Positions 48,835 to 57,974 of a stretch of 64,000 nucleotides of DNA are shown one piece after another. This DNA comes from Dehalococcoidia bacterium (GTDB lineage: Bacteria; Chloroflexota; Dehalococcoidia; Lucifugimonadales; UBA3495). The stretch spans positions 7,350 through 71,349 of the forward strand of contig CBDHDY010000005.1 of the NCBI GenBank assembly GCA_965261885.1, written 5' to 3'. The notes beneath the pieces were generated by a model. That model was not told where the DNA came from. It worked only from the letters and a program-made list of their open reading frames with translations, and ran no database searches. A program made the position numbers and the translations under genes. Position 1 is the first letter of the stretch; every line of letters begins with the position of its first letter.

Positions 48835-50238
48835 ATGCACTTGGTTAGAATGAATCTCGGCGGAATACCCCCGTTCACCGACCCGATCAAGCTCAAGTTT
48901 GATGAACGGGTCAACTTGCTCATTGGGCCCAACGCCTCCGGCAAGAGTACCATCCTTTTGGTTCTGGGAGACCGCCTGATAGGTCCGGAAGAGGACGCCA
49001 AGAGGCCCATTTCGCAGGGCCAAACTCCCCAGAGGGCACTTATGTGCGCCGACGATGAATTTGATGAATTTCTCAGCGATGAATTTAGGCTCGGCAGGCC
49101 GTCCAACGTATTGACAGCCAGCGTAGATTGGCTCGGCACAAGGAATGAGCCCGTCAGGAATCAGGAAGACCCTCCTGCAATTTTCATCGGCTCAGTGCGC
49201 GAGGGATTGCCAGGCATCGCCGACCAAGACGACCCCCGTGAGTACGGGGAGACGGGGGCTGAAGCGCTAGACGGGCCTTTCAGCGGCCCTCGCACAATGT
49301 GCGCATCAAGGCTGTTGGGTGAAGAACTCTGGAGCACCAAACGAGACGATCTCCCGGACTTTGCTCGAGTGACCCTGATGGATGCCGTTAAGTTGGCGGA
49401 CGCATGCAGCAAGCGGATCTGCGACGAGGTGATTCAAGATTCAAAGTCGCGCAATTACATCCCTGACCCATACGCTATGGGCTATCTCCACCACCCTCAC
49501 GCTGACCCTAGCAACATAAACGTATTGCGCTTGATGGGAATTAATACCAACGATCCTCGAAATTTCGAAGACCTTCCACTGCAAGAGCAGCCAGCATCGT
49601 CAGCTTACGCAGACTACAATGAGCCACTTCCCATTTACCTCGGGCATCTGAGTTCCGGTACCGAAGGCACGCTCCTCTGGATACGATGGCTGGCCCTTAA
49701 GATGGTCCACCACTACGGCTTCGAACGGGACTGGGCCGGTAAACCCGCCATTCTCCTCATCGACGAGATCGAGAACCACCTGCACCCCACCTGGCAGAGG
49801 CGTGTGATTCCTGCGTTGCTGGAACACTTCCCAGGCTTGCAGATCTTCGCCACCACCCACTCGCCCTTCGTTGTGGCAGGGCTGAAAGCCGGGCAGGTGC
49901 ACCTGCTCAACCGCGACGAGAACGGAGTCGTCACCACCAACACCAACACCGAAGACGTCATCGGCTGGACCGCCGACGAAATCCTTCGCACGATGATGGG
50001 GGTGGACGAACCCACCGACCTCATCACCATTGAACGATCTGACCGCTTGCGTCAACTACGGAGAAAAGAAACCCTGACCGGCGAAGAGGAATCGGAACTG
50101 AACACGCTGCGTCGCCAGGTGAGTGAATCCTTGATCTCCAAGGGTGGTCCAATAGAAGCCCAGCGTGAACGTTACTCAGACTTAATGCAGCGCTTCTTGC
50201 TTTCCCGACAGTCCGACTTGTCGCAGGACGGAGGTTAG
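48835..50238 (+). CDS. ptuA: AAA_21/ABC-type ATPase, Septu PtuA-like
   Basis: Walker A GPNASGKST, Walker B plus signature ILLIDEIENHLHP, and H-loop ATTHSP. It is AT-richer than its neighbours. A TIGR02646-type HNH gene follows 5 nt downstream. Confidence 0.6.
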   Translation: MHLVRMNLGGIPPFTDPIKLKFDERVNLLIGPNASGKSTILLVLGDRLIGPEEDAKRPISQGQTPQRALMCADDEFDEFLSDEFRLGRPSNVLTASVDWLGTRNEPVRNQEDPPAIFIGSVREGLPGIADQDDPREYGETGAEALDGPFSGPRTMCASRLLGEELWSTKRDDLPDFARVTLMDAVKLADACSKRICDEVIQDSKSRNYIPDPYAMGYLHHPHADPSNINVLRLMGINTNDPRNFEDLPLQEQPASSAYADYNEPLPIYLGHLSSGTEGTLLWIRWLALKMVHHYGFERDWAGKPAILLIDEIENHLHPTWQRRVIPALLEHFPGLQIFATTHSPFVVAGLKAGQVHLLNRDENGVVTTNTNTEDVIGWTADEILRTMMGVDEPTDLITIERSDRLRQLRRKETLTGEEESELNTLRRQVSESLISKGGPIEAQRERYSDLMQRFLLSRQSDLSQDGG

Positions 50239-50490
50239 CCAATTTGCACTGGATTGACCGGGGGCCTGAACCAGACGGAGTTGCCAAGTATTCCCAGCAG
50301 TTTACGCCAGGATGGATCGATTACTTTCAGAACAAAGTAGGAGAGCGACCATCTGACTTTCTATGGTCGCTATTCCGACCAGGATTGGGTATTAGAAGTA
50401 GCAATATCTGCTGGTATTGCGAACGACAATGCGATGAAGATTCTGAGGTTGGCGGGTTGGCGCCCACCGTAGACCACTTCCGGCCCATTA

Positions 50491-51694
50491 GGGATATTCT
50501 GAACAAGCCTTTTTTACTCGAGACATGTCGGACGTGGCAGCGGAGGGGGCGGCGGCCGCGGTCTGGGCGCTCTTTACCGCCGCTCAGCCCCTTGCGTTTA
50601 GTCCCTGATAGGGCCTCAGGGAGCTTGGTACAGGCCGGAAGACTGGCCGGGAAGGCCGCTGGGCGCACTACCCCCTCAGTCGTCCCTCCGCCGCCAGCAG
50701 GTTGCCCAGGCCGAACAGCAACGCCAGGCGCTCCGTGTTCTTGGCCAGCCCCCGGTAGCGCACCTTGCCGTATTCGAACAGCCGCTTCAACCGCAGGAAC
50801 GGATGCTCCACTTTAGCCCTCACCGATGCCTTCGCTTTCTCCAGCAGCGCCTCATCACTCCCAGGATCGAGTCCCCGGCGTTTCCCCGGACGCATCGCCA
50901 CCCGCCAGTCCACATCCAGTCCCAGGTTCTCCTTCCGCTTGTGTACTCCCTGATAACCTGCGTCTCCCCAGACCACTGTCTCGCCACCGTGCAGCAGGTT
51001 GTGGGCCTCCATAATGTCATGCACGTTGGCCGCAGTCGCCGTCATGCTGTGCACTATCCCCGTCTCACAGTCCACCCCGATATGCGCCTTCATCCCGAAA
51101 TGCCACTGGTTCCCCTTCTTGGTCTGGTGCATCTCAGGGTCCCTCTCCCTGGCCTGGTTCTTGGTCGATGACGGAGCTTCGATGATGGTGGCGTCCACGA
51201 TGGTTCCCTCTCGCAACCTCAGCCCTTGGGAGTCCAGGTGGGCGTTGATTTCCTCCAAGAGGCCCTGCCCCAGGCTGTGGTTTTCCAACAGATGACGGAA
51301 GTGCAAAATCGTGGACTCGTCGGGCAGGGGACCGGAGAGCTTCAGTCCTGCGAACCGCCGCACCGGCTCGGACTCGTAGAGCAGGTCCTCCATTCCGGGG
51401 TCGCTGAGGTTGTAGAAGAGCTGGACGCAGTGGACCCTGAGCATGACCGGTAGCGGGTAAGGGTGGCGGCCCTTGCCAGCCTTGGGATACACGGGGCGGA
51501 TGCGGCCCTCCAAGCTCTGCCAGGGAATCAGACCGTCCATGCGCTCCAGGAAGAGTTCACGGCGGGTCTTGCGCTTCTTGCCCTGATATTCCAGGTCGGC
51601 AAAGGTGGGCTGGTCCATACAACCTCGTAACCGATCAGCATCGGGCTATTCAGCCTAACTATGCCACATGGCCGCCCACTTGTTCAGAGTATCC
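50491..51694 (-). mobile_element. IS5-family insertion sequence (1204 bp) with a TTA target duplication
   Basis: TIRs are GGGATATTCTGAACAAG / CTTGTTCAGAGTATCC. TTA lies at 50488-50490 and 51695-51697. Confidence 0.88.
50668..51618 (-). CDS. IS5-family DDE transposase
   Basis: HFGMKAHIGVDCETGIVHSMTATAANVHD, GDAGYQG and KVEHPFLRLKRLFEYGKVRYRGLAKN match the family. Confidence 0.9.
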   Translation of the reverse strand: MDQPTFADLEYQGKKRKTRRELFLERMDGLIPWQSLEGRIRPVYPKAGKGRHPYPLPVMLRVHCVQLFYNLSDPGMEDLLYESEPVRRFAGLKLSGPLPDESTILHFRHLLENHSLGQGLLEEINAHLDSQGLRLREGTIVDATIIEAPSSTKNQARERDPEMHQTKKGNQWHFGMKAHIGVDCETGIVHSMTATAANVHDIMEAHNLLHGGETVVWGDAGYQGVHKRKENLGLDVDWRVAMRPGKRRGLDPGSDEALLEKAKASVRAKVEHPFLRLKRLFEYGKVRYRGLAKNTERLALLFGLGNLLAAEGRLRG

Positions 51695-52199
51695 TTAGCT
51701 CTTTTCCGCATTTGGCTTATGTGTGGACGAACTGGATCTTCAGTTGTCATAGATGCAACGTGGATAGCAAAAAAGACAAGTGGCCGGATTCAGGGTACGT
51801 TGACCCCTGTGCCCCTGATGTTGCGGAGCACCCGGATCGGTACTTCGACTTTGATACTGCTACGGGAGAAATAGTAGGCAAGGATGAGATTTCAGGAGAT
51901 GCGAAAAGGAGAGCAGAAGACACCATTGACGATTTGGGTCTGAACAACTGGGATATGATGTGGTTTCGGCAGCAGTGGATACTTAATTTTGTGGACGATT
52001 TGCTCAGTCGTCCAATTTCCGAACGACAGGAGTTAATAGCATCTTACACAATCGGATCAGTTGAGTTTTCTTTGGCAACTCGGAAGGTCGTCGAACAGCT
52101 ACAACAGGACGGCCACATCTAGCCCCACGATTTGACGCTCCCGCCCGTGCCGCCGTAGACTGCCTTCGCCGCCACCAACGGCGGTCAGGAGGTAGCATA

Positions 52200-53318
52200 A
52201 TGGCCAACGAGCCCGTCAACATTTTTGAATACGAAGCCATCGCCCGCGAGAAGCTGGAAAAGGGGCACTACGACTTCATCGCCGGCGCGGCCACCGACGA
52301 GATCACCCTGCGGCGCACCCGCGCCGTGCTCGACAGCATCCAGCTCCGGCCGAAGATGCTGACCGACATCAGCCAGCGCGATCTCAGCACCACCGTCCTG
52401 GGCCAGCGCATCAGCTTCCCCGTGATGCTTGACCCCGCCGGCAACCACGAGGCGGCCCACCCCGACGCAGAGCTCGCCACCGCCCGCGCCGCCGGCAAGG
52501 CCGGCACCGTCATGGTCGTCAGCTCCCACGCCGCCCGCACCATGGAGGACGTCGCCGGCGCCGCCTCCGGCCCGCTGTGGTTCCAGCAGTACTTCTTCAA
52601 GGACCGCGGCCTCACTCTCGAGATGGCCGCCCGCGCCGCAGAGGCCGGCTACTCCGCCCTCTGCATCACCGTCGACGCCAAGATCAAGCCCAAGCGCGAG
52701 CGCAATATCCGCAACGACTACGTCGGCGCGCCCTCGCCCAACTACAACAAGATCGAGCTCTCGGAGCACTCCTGGCGCTTCGCCGCCGACGCCCCGGCCG
52801 GCGTGATGGACATCCGCGACCCCGGCGCCACCTGGGCCGACGTTGACTGGCTGGCCGCCGCCCAGAGCCTGCCCGTGGTCATCAAGGGCGTCATGGTCGG
52901 CGAGGACGGACGCCACGCCGCCGACAACGGCGCCAAGGCCGTCATCGTCTCCAACCACGGCACCCGCTACCTCGACACCACCTTCACCACCATCGAGGTC
53001 CTGCCCGAGGTCGTCGAGGCCGCCAACGGCAACATCGAGGTCTACATGGACGGCGGCATCCGCCGCGGCACCGACATAGTAAAGGCCCTCGCCTTGGGCG
53101 CCCGCGCCGTCCTCATAGGCCGCCCCCTCTTCTGGGGCCTGGCAGTAGACGGCGAAAACGGCCTGACCTCCGTCTTGGAAATGCTACGCGACGAACTCGA
53201 CGCCACCATGGGCATGTGCGGCCGCCCCACCATAGCCGACATAGACCGCGACATCATCGGCACCGTCTCCCCCCTTCTGGGAATGTTCCCCCAGCAACAA
53301 GACACCTTCCGCTACTAG
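52200..53318 (+). CDS. FMN-dependent alpha-hydroxy-acid oxidase/dehydrogenase (LldD/glycolate oxidase family)
   Basis: IFEYEAIAREKL...ITLRRTR..LDSIQLRPKML, WFQQYFFKDRG, VVIKGV, SNHGTRYLD and DGGIRRGTDIVKALALGA match the family. Confidence 0.88.
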   Translation: MANEPVNIFEYEAIAREKLEKGHYDFIAGAATDEITLRRTRAVLDSIQLRPKMLTDISQRDLSTTVLGQRISFPVMLDPAGNHEAAHPDAELATARAAGKAGTVMVVSSHAARTMEDVAGAASGPLWFQQYFFKDRGLTLEMAARAAEAGYSALCITVDAKIKPKRERNIRNDYVGAPSPNYNKIELSEHSWRFAADAPAGVMDIRDPGATWADVDWLAAAQSLPVVIKGVMVGEDGRHAADNGAKAVIVSNHGTRYLDTTFTTIEVLPEVVEAANGNIEVYMDGGIRRGTDIVKALALGARAVLIGRPLFWGLAVDGENGLTSVLEMLRDELDATMGMCGRPTIADIDRDIIGTVSPLLGMFPQQQDTFRY

Positions 53319-53323
53319 GCCAC

Positions 53324-54556
53324 TAGTAGTCCGTCAGTGTAGTATTGATGGGTAGAGAGACTTCAGTCTGATGCGTGCATCTGCGGTGGTGAAGCGCCAG
53401 TCCACTCGTACGGCGTCCAGGTTGCGCTGAGCCTGCCACGCTGCTGTTTCCCTCCGCAGGACGCCCCGGTCCGGGATGCGGCGGTCGAGGCATTGCCGGG
53501 CCATCACGCCGATCTCGATCTCTGCCATGTTGAGCCAGCTCCCGTGCTTCGGTGTGTAGTGTATCTCCAGCCGCTCCGCGATGCGCCGCGCCTCCTCCGG
53601 CTCAAAGGCCTCGTACAGCGATGACGGATGATGCGTGTTCAGGTTGTCCATCACCAGCACTATCCGTTCCTTGTCAGCGTAGTCCTCATCCACCAGTTTC
53701 CGCACCACCTCGGCCCAATCGAGCCGGGTGCGGCGCTCTGTAACCTCCACCCGCCGCCATCCCTCCAGGGGGGCGAACAGCATGAAAAGGTTGCTCACAC
53801 CGTTGCGTTCGTATTCATAGTCGTAAGAAGCTGCCGCTCCGGGGCGGGATGGACGGCCCAGCCGGGTCTCCTTGACCTGTTGTTTACTGGTCTCGTCCAA
53901 GCACACCAAGACCTCGTTGTCCCGGTATTGGCGGTGATAGACCTCCAGCACGTCCTCCATGGCGCAGACAAACTCGGCACTGCCTTGGGGCGGAATGCAC
54001 CAGCACTCTTTCAGCCAGGGCTTGAGTTCGTTTTTTTCAGCGTATGGCGCACCGTTTCGGTGCTGATGCTGTCCACTATCTCGCATTCAACCAGCTGGTC
54101 CGCCAGCAGTCGCAGGGTCCAGCCGGCCCGGCCCTCCGGCGGTTGGGAGCAGGTCAAGGCAATCAGGCGAGCCTCCCCTGCACCATCCAGCTTCCTCTGC
54201 CGCCGGTTTAGCTGCTGCCTGCGCCCCAGGGCCACCTCCAGACCCTCCTCCACGCAGCGCCGGCGCACCCGCTCCACCGTGGCGGTGCCCACCTGCAGGG
54301 CCCTGGCAATCTCCTCGTCCTTCATGGCGCCGTCGGCCTGGTTCTCGTCGCAAAGCAACAGGATGCGGGCGTGAGTCTGCCTATAGGCCGCCGCCCGCCC
54401 TCTGGACACCAGCGACCTAAGTCCCTGTTGCTCCTCCTCCGCCAGCCGTACCCTGTACCGCTTCACCATCAGCCACACTCCACGTCCCAAACTTATCCTT
54501 GGCCACTGGCACTATGGTACTCCTCCACCCATCAGTTCAACGATGTCCGGCTACTA
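53324..54556 (-). mobile_element. IS630-family insertion sequence, copy C (near-identical to copy A)
   Basis: TA at 53324-25 and 54555-56 within CTAG. It has the same TIRs as copy A. The orfB proteins differ at about 13 of 250 positions. Confidence 0.9.
53334..54490 (-). CDS. IS630 transposase, orfA-orfB with a -1 shift at the A7 run
   Basis: Plus-strand T7 at 54031-54037. The motifs are the same as in copy A. Confidence 0.85.
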
Positions 54557-54672
54557 GCTACACCTGATAAATTTCAGATTAAACGGCATTCGCAGGAAAG
54601 TGGGCACCCTCAACATAAGTTTAGGATGCCCACTGCTACAATATAGTTACTCTATAAGCAGGCGATAACTGC

Positions 54673-54921
54673 ATGATCGACTGGAGCAGATGCCCAGCAA
54701 TCGAGAGCGACCCCGAAAAGATGAGCGGGGCCTGGGTCTTCACTGGCACCCGAGTACCTCTCTCCGCCCTGTTCGGCAACCTGGGGGAGGGGGCAACAGT
54801 GGCCGAGTTTTTGGATTGGTTTGAGGGCGTCGAGGAATGGCAGATGAGGGCTGTCCTGGATTACCTGATCAAAGACTTGGAGGCCCACCTCCCTCACGTC
54901 AAGTATGCGAATACTGCTTGA
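54673..54921 (+). CDS. DUF433-domain protein (antitoxin-like)
   Basis: DPEKMSGAWVFTGTRVPLSALFGNLGEGATVAEFLDWF matches the DUF433 pattern. It overlaps the next gene by 17 nt. Confidence 0.65.
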   Translation: MIDWSRCPAIESDPEKMSGAWVFTGTRVPLSALFGNLGEGATVAEFLDWFEGVEEWQMRAVLDYLIKDLEAHLPHVKYANTA

Positions 54922-55221
54922 CAACTGCACGCCACGTCCCATTAGACGCTATCTTTCCGAGCATCAGGTGGATACAGCCAGAGAGTGAGGTTGGAGCGAT
55001 TGAGGAACGGTGCGCTCCTCCAAGTAGCTGAGAGTGAAGGATCCGAGGTGCTGATTACCAAAGACCAGAGTATGCCTTTTCAGCAGAATATGACCGGAAG
55101 GCGCATAGCCATCGTCGCAATCAGTGAGAACAAATGGCCGATCATGCAGAACCGCATAGCCGAAATCATAGCAGCACTCGTCGACTTGGAGCCGGGCGAT
55201 GTTAAGGAAATCCCAATCTGA
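54905..55221 (+). pseudogene. PIN-like (DUF5615/Mut7-C-type) toxin partner of DUF433, frameshifted
   Basis: MRILLDNCTPRPIRRYLSEHQVDTARE runs into a TGA at 54986. The rest (RLERLRNGALLQVAESEGSEVLITKDQSMPFQQNMTGRRIAIV...) continues in the -1 frame from 54985. Confidence 0.55.
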
Positions 55222-55268
55222 TGTCCCGGCTAATCAACCATAAAGTGTGCACCCTGACGTCCACGCCG

Positions 55269-55334
55269 TCATCGGCACCGTCTCCCTCCTTCATAGCCCA
55301 GTTCCTCCAGCCCCGGGACATTGTGCGGTACTGA
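55269..55334 (+). pseudogene. displaced duplicate of the 3' end of the alpha-hydroxy-acid oxidase gene
   Basis: TCATCGGCACCGTCTCCC is identical to 53254-53271. The downstream stretch is about 75% similar and, with one indel, reads VIGTVSLL...QFLQPRDIVRY* versus IIGTVSPLLGMFPQQQDTFRY*. Confidence 0.55.
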
Positions 55335-55568
55335 GACTAATGGATTACAGAAGTATTGCGAAGAACGCGGCCTGAAAGGACGAGTACAACCCCTGCGCTT
55401 CTTATAGACGATGCTGAAGCCTCGCCTATAAGAATTCACCTCCCCTTGGAACAATGCGTGCAAACTGGCAACTTACAGATAACACTCAGAGTTAATGCTG
55501 GTGAAATAAAATAAAGCGGACCCCTGTATAGAGTCTACCAATATCTTAGAAAAGGGAAGTTTAACTCT

Positions 55569-56510
55569 ATGATTACCGAAGGAACTCTGGCAACCACGCA
55601 TTTGTTGGCTGATGGATTCCGGCTTGCAAAGCAAGTATTGGACGACTGGGCATTGGAAATAAATGAGGCTGAATGGGCTCTCCCAGGGAATCTGGAGCAT
55701 GACCTTACTCTACCGCCGATCGGGAAATCAATATCAGCGGAAGTCAAACCACTCGAAGATGGAGAATATGCGCTAGTAACCAGATTCGAGATTTTTGAGA
55801 AACCAGTGGAATTGAAGCTAAATGGTGGCTCAATCGGCTTCTTGTGGCAGAGCCAGCAAGACTCTCGTCCATTCAAATCCGCCGAAACTGACCGCTCAGG
55901 CAGTTTTGTCGTTTCCTACAGCCACCAAGGATTTGACGATCCACAAACAGAAGAGGACTTCTTGGCATTGGTTAGCCAAAAACCAAGATTCGAATCATCT
56001 TCTCAACCATTAGTCCAAAGATCGGTAGATCCTGGGACTGTAATACTTGTTCTCCTGCCTTTCTTGGGCGCAATTGGCACAATGACGGCCTATAAGCTAG
56101 CAGATAGGATTAGCGATCGCTTCGCAGAGGAACTGGTAGATTTGTACGACGTCATTCGGGCCGGCGTCATCGGAATCGTGAAGGACAAAGTTGATCACTT
56201 TCGAGCAGTAACTGTTGAAGTAACCTCACGTGGGATTCCCGAGGTAGAGTGGGTAGCCAGGGTTTCTGACGCCGACAATGTCATTCCCGCACTGATACAA
56301 GCGGAGCTTGAAAAATGCGTTGAGAAAGCAGTGGACCTCTATCACTCTATTGATGCTCGTAAAGTCCAGTTCATCTTGGATGAATCAGGCCAATGGGAGT
56401 TTAACTTCCTGCTCACAGGCACCGGTCAGGTTATTGGTTCGCCCGTGAGCTATACCCGGCAGGTCGAAAGATTGGAGGCAATGGATAGAACACGTTCAAA
56501 CTCAATCTAA
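55569..56510 (+). CDS. hypothetical protein with one central TM segment (orphan)
   Basis: 313-aa ORF in an AT-richer stretch. It has a single hydrophobic helix, GTVILVLLPFLGAIGTMTAY. I can recognise no motif. Confidence 0.45.
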   Translation: MITEGTLATTHLLADGFRLAKQVLDDWALEINEAEWALPGNLEHDLTLPPIGKSISAEVKPLEDGEYALVTRFEIFEKPVELKLNGGSIGFLWQSQQDSRPFKSAETDRSGSFVVSYSHQGFDDPQTEEDFLALVSQKPRFESSSQPLVQRSVDPGTVILVLLPFLGAIGTMTAYKLADRISDRFAEELVDLYDVIRAGVIGIVKDKVDHFRAVTVEVTSRGIPEVEWVARVSDADNVIPALIQAELEKCVEKAVDLYHSIDARKVQFILDESGQWEFNFLLTGTGQVIGSPVSYTRQVERLEAMDRTRSNSI

Positions 56511-56705
56511 ACAATGTCGTGCAGCTATTTGGTTAGCCTTAGTCTCTGCGATTGATCCTAGCATCCGCCTCCGAACGCGAGAACTGCCATCATTGACGGT
56601 GCCCATCTTGGCTACGCGCAAGAGAAGGTCGCCTGAATGGAGTCAATAGCGCAACGTGCGTGTACAATACCCCCACACCACCAACCCCCCACAGGAGGCA
56701 CAACC

Positions 56706-57581
56706 ATGACCACCCTTGGCTCCGGCCACTACACCTACTCCGTCCAGGAAAACTGGGCCAAGCTGCCCGAGGGCGAGTCCTTCGCTATGGTCTCGGCCAT
56801 CGCCACCGACTCCCAGGACCTCGTCTACGCTTTCCAGCGCAAGGAGCCGCCCGTCCTCATCTTCGACCGCGACGGCAACCTCCAGGACTCCTGGGGCAAC
56901 GGCTCCTTCCTCTTCGCCCACGGCTTCTACATTGAAGACGACGTCGTCTACGTAACCGACCGCGACGCCTCCACTTGCCTCGTCTACACCCTCGATGGCA
57001 AGCCCGTCCAGATGCTCGGCCGCCACGGCCGCCACTCCGATACCGGCTGCGAGGTCCCCGGCGACCTCGTCCCCCGCGCCGCCGGCCCGTTCAACTACCC
57101 CGCCGAGCTGATCCCCTCGCCCTCCGGCGATCTCTACGTCGCCGACGGCTACCGCAACTCCCGCGTCCACCGCTTCACCAGCGAGGGCGAGCTGATCCAG
57201 TCCTGGGGTGAGCCCGGCAAGTCCGAGGCCAACCACTTCCACCTGCCCCACAGCCTCATCATCGACGGCGACCGCATCATCGTCTGCGACCGCGAGAACC
57301 ACCGCATCCAGCTCTTCACCCTCAACGGCGAGTTCATCGAGTTCTGGAACGACATCCAGCGCCCCATGGACATCTCCCGCGACCCCGAAGGCAACTTCCT
57401 CGTCAGCGAGGGCCAGGTCAACGGCAGTTCCGCCCGCATCAGCATCGTCGACCCGTCCGGCGGTGTCCTCGCCCGCTTCGACTGCCGCGGCTCCGGACAC
57501 GGCAGCTGGATCGACTCCCGCGGCGACATCTACCTCGCCGGCGTCCCCGACGCCATCGACAAGTTCGTCCGCGAGGGCTAG
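56706..57581 (+). CDS. NHL-repeat beta-propeller protein (peptidyl-alpha-hydroxyglycine lyase-like)
   Basis: Repeated units YVTDRDA / LYVADGYRNSRVHRF / IIVCDRENHRIQLF. AGGAGG SD precedes the ATG at 56706; the track start is 56637. Confidence 0.65.
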   Translation: MTTLGSGHYTYSVQENWAKLPEGESFAMVSAIATDSQDLVYAFQRKEPPVLIFDRDGNLQDSWGNGSFLFAHGFYIEDDVVYVTDRDASTCLVYTLDGKPVQMLGRHGRHSDTGCEVPGDLVPRAAGPFNYPAELIPSPSGDLYVADGYRNSRVHRFTSEGELIQSWGEPGKSEANHFHLPHSLIIDGDRIIVCDRENHRIQLFTLNGEFIEFWNDIQRPMDISRDPEGNFLVSEGQVNGSSARISIVDPSGGVLARFDCRGSGHGSWIDSRGDIYLAGVPDAIDKFVREG

Positions 57582-57689
57582 GGCAACACACCGGCGCGCC
57601 GTCCGTTCCTCCTCAGCCTTTCCTCAATCACGCGAGGAGCTGAGTCTGTCGAAGTTCGGAAGGTGAATCCACCCAGAACGGAGACAGCT

Positions 57690-57893
57690 ATGGCAATGGG
57701 AAAGGAACAAGCGCAGCTGGACCTCGAAACGGTCATGGCCACCATGGGCGATGACGAGTGGCGCAACGTCCGCATACTCGATCACTACGCCGAATCCCAC
57801 ATCTCCTACTCCTTGGTCGGCGTCAAGATCGAGGACGGCAAGACCTACTTCTACCAGGCCGACACCGGACGCTTCATCATGCTCAACATCTAG
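57690..57893 (+). CDS. hypothetical small protein
   Basis: 67 aa, MAMGKEQAQLDLETVMATMGDDEWRNV... I recognise no family. Confidence 0.3.
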   Translation: MAMGKEQAQLDLETVMATMGDDEWRNVRILDHYAESHISYSLVGVKIEDGKTYFYQADTGRFIMLNI

Positions 57894-57974
57894 CCCGGCC
57901 ACCCGCCGGCCAGAATCGAAAGGGGCGCACAATCCGTGCGCCCCTTTCCTCGTATCTGTCAGCCGGACCGCCCG

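Larger units (their letters stand above)
50244..52122 (+). pseudogene. ptuB: HNH endonuclease (TIGR02646 / Septu PtuB-like) interrupted by an IS5-family element
   Basis: Left part: ...CWYCERQCDEDSEVGGLAPTVDHFRPI. Right part: SSFPHLAYVWTNWIFSCHRCNVDSKKDKWP... Removing 50491-51697 restores a 224-codon ORF including the stop. Confidence 0.65.

Noticed and set aside
53305-53320. The stop region of the FMN oxidase gene (CCGCTACTAG) resembles the IS630 right terminus (CCGGCTACTAG), which could suggest an older IS end fused to the gene.
   Set aside because: Similarity is limited to about 10 nt and includes the CTAG target preferred by IS630. The simpler explanation is that the IS chose a CTAG-rich site.
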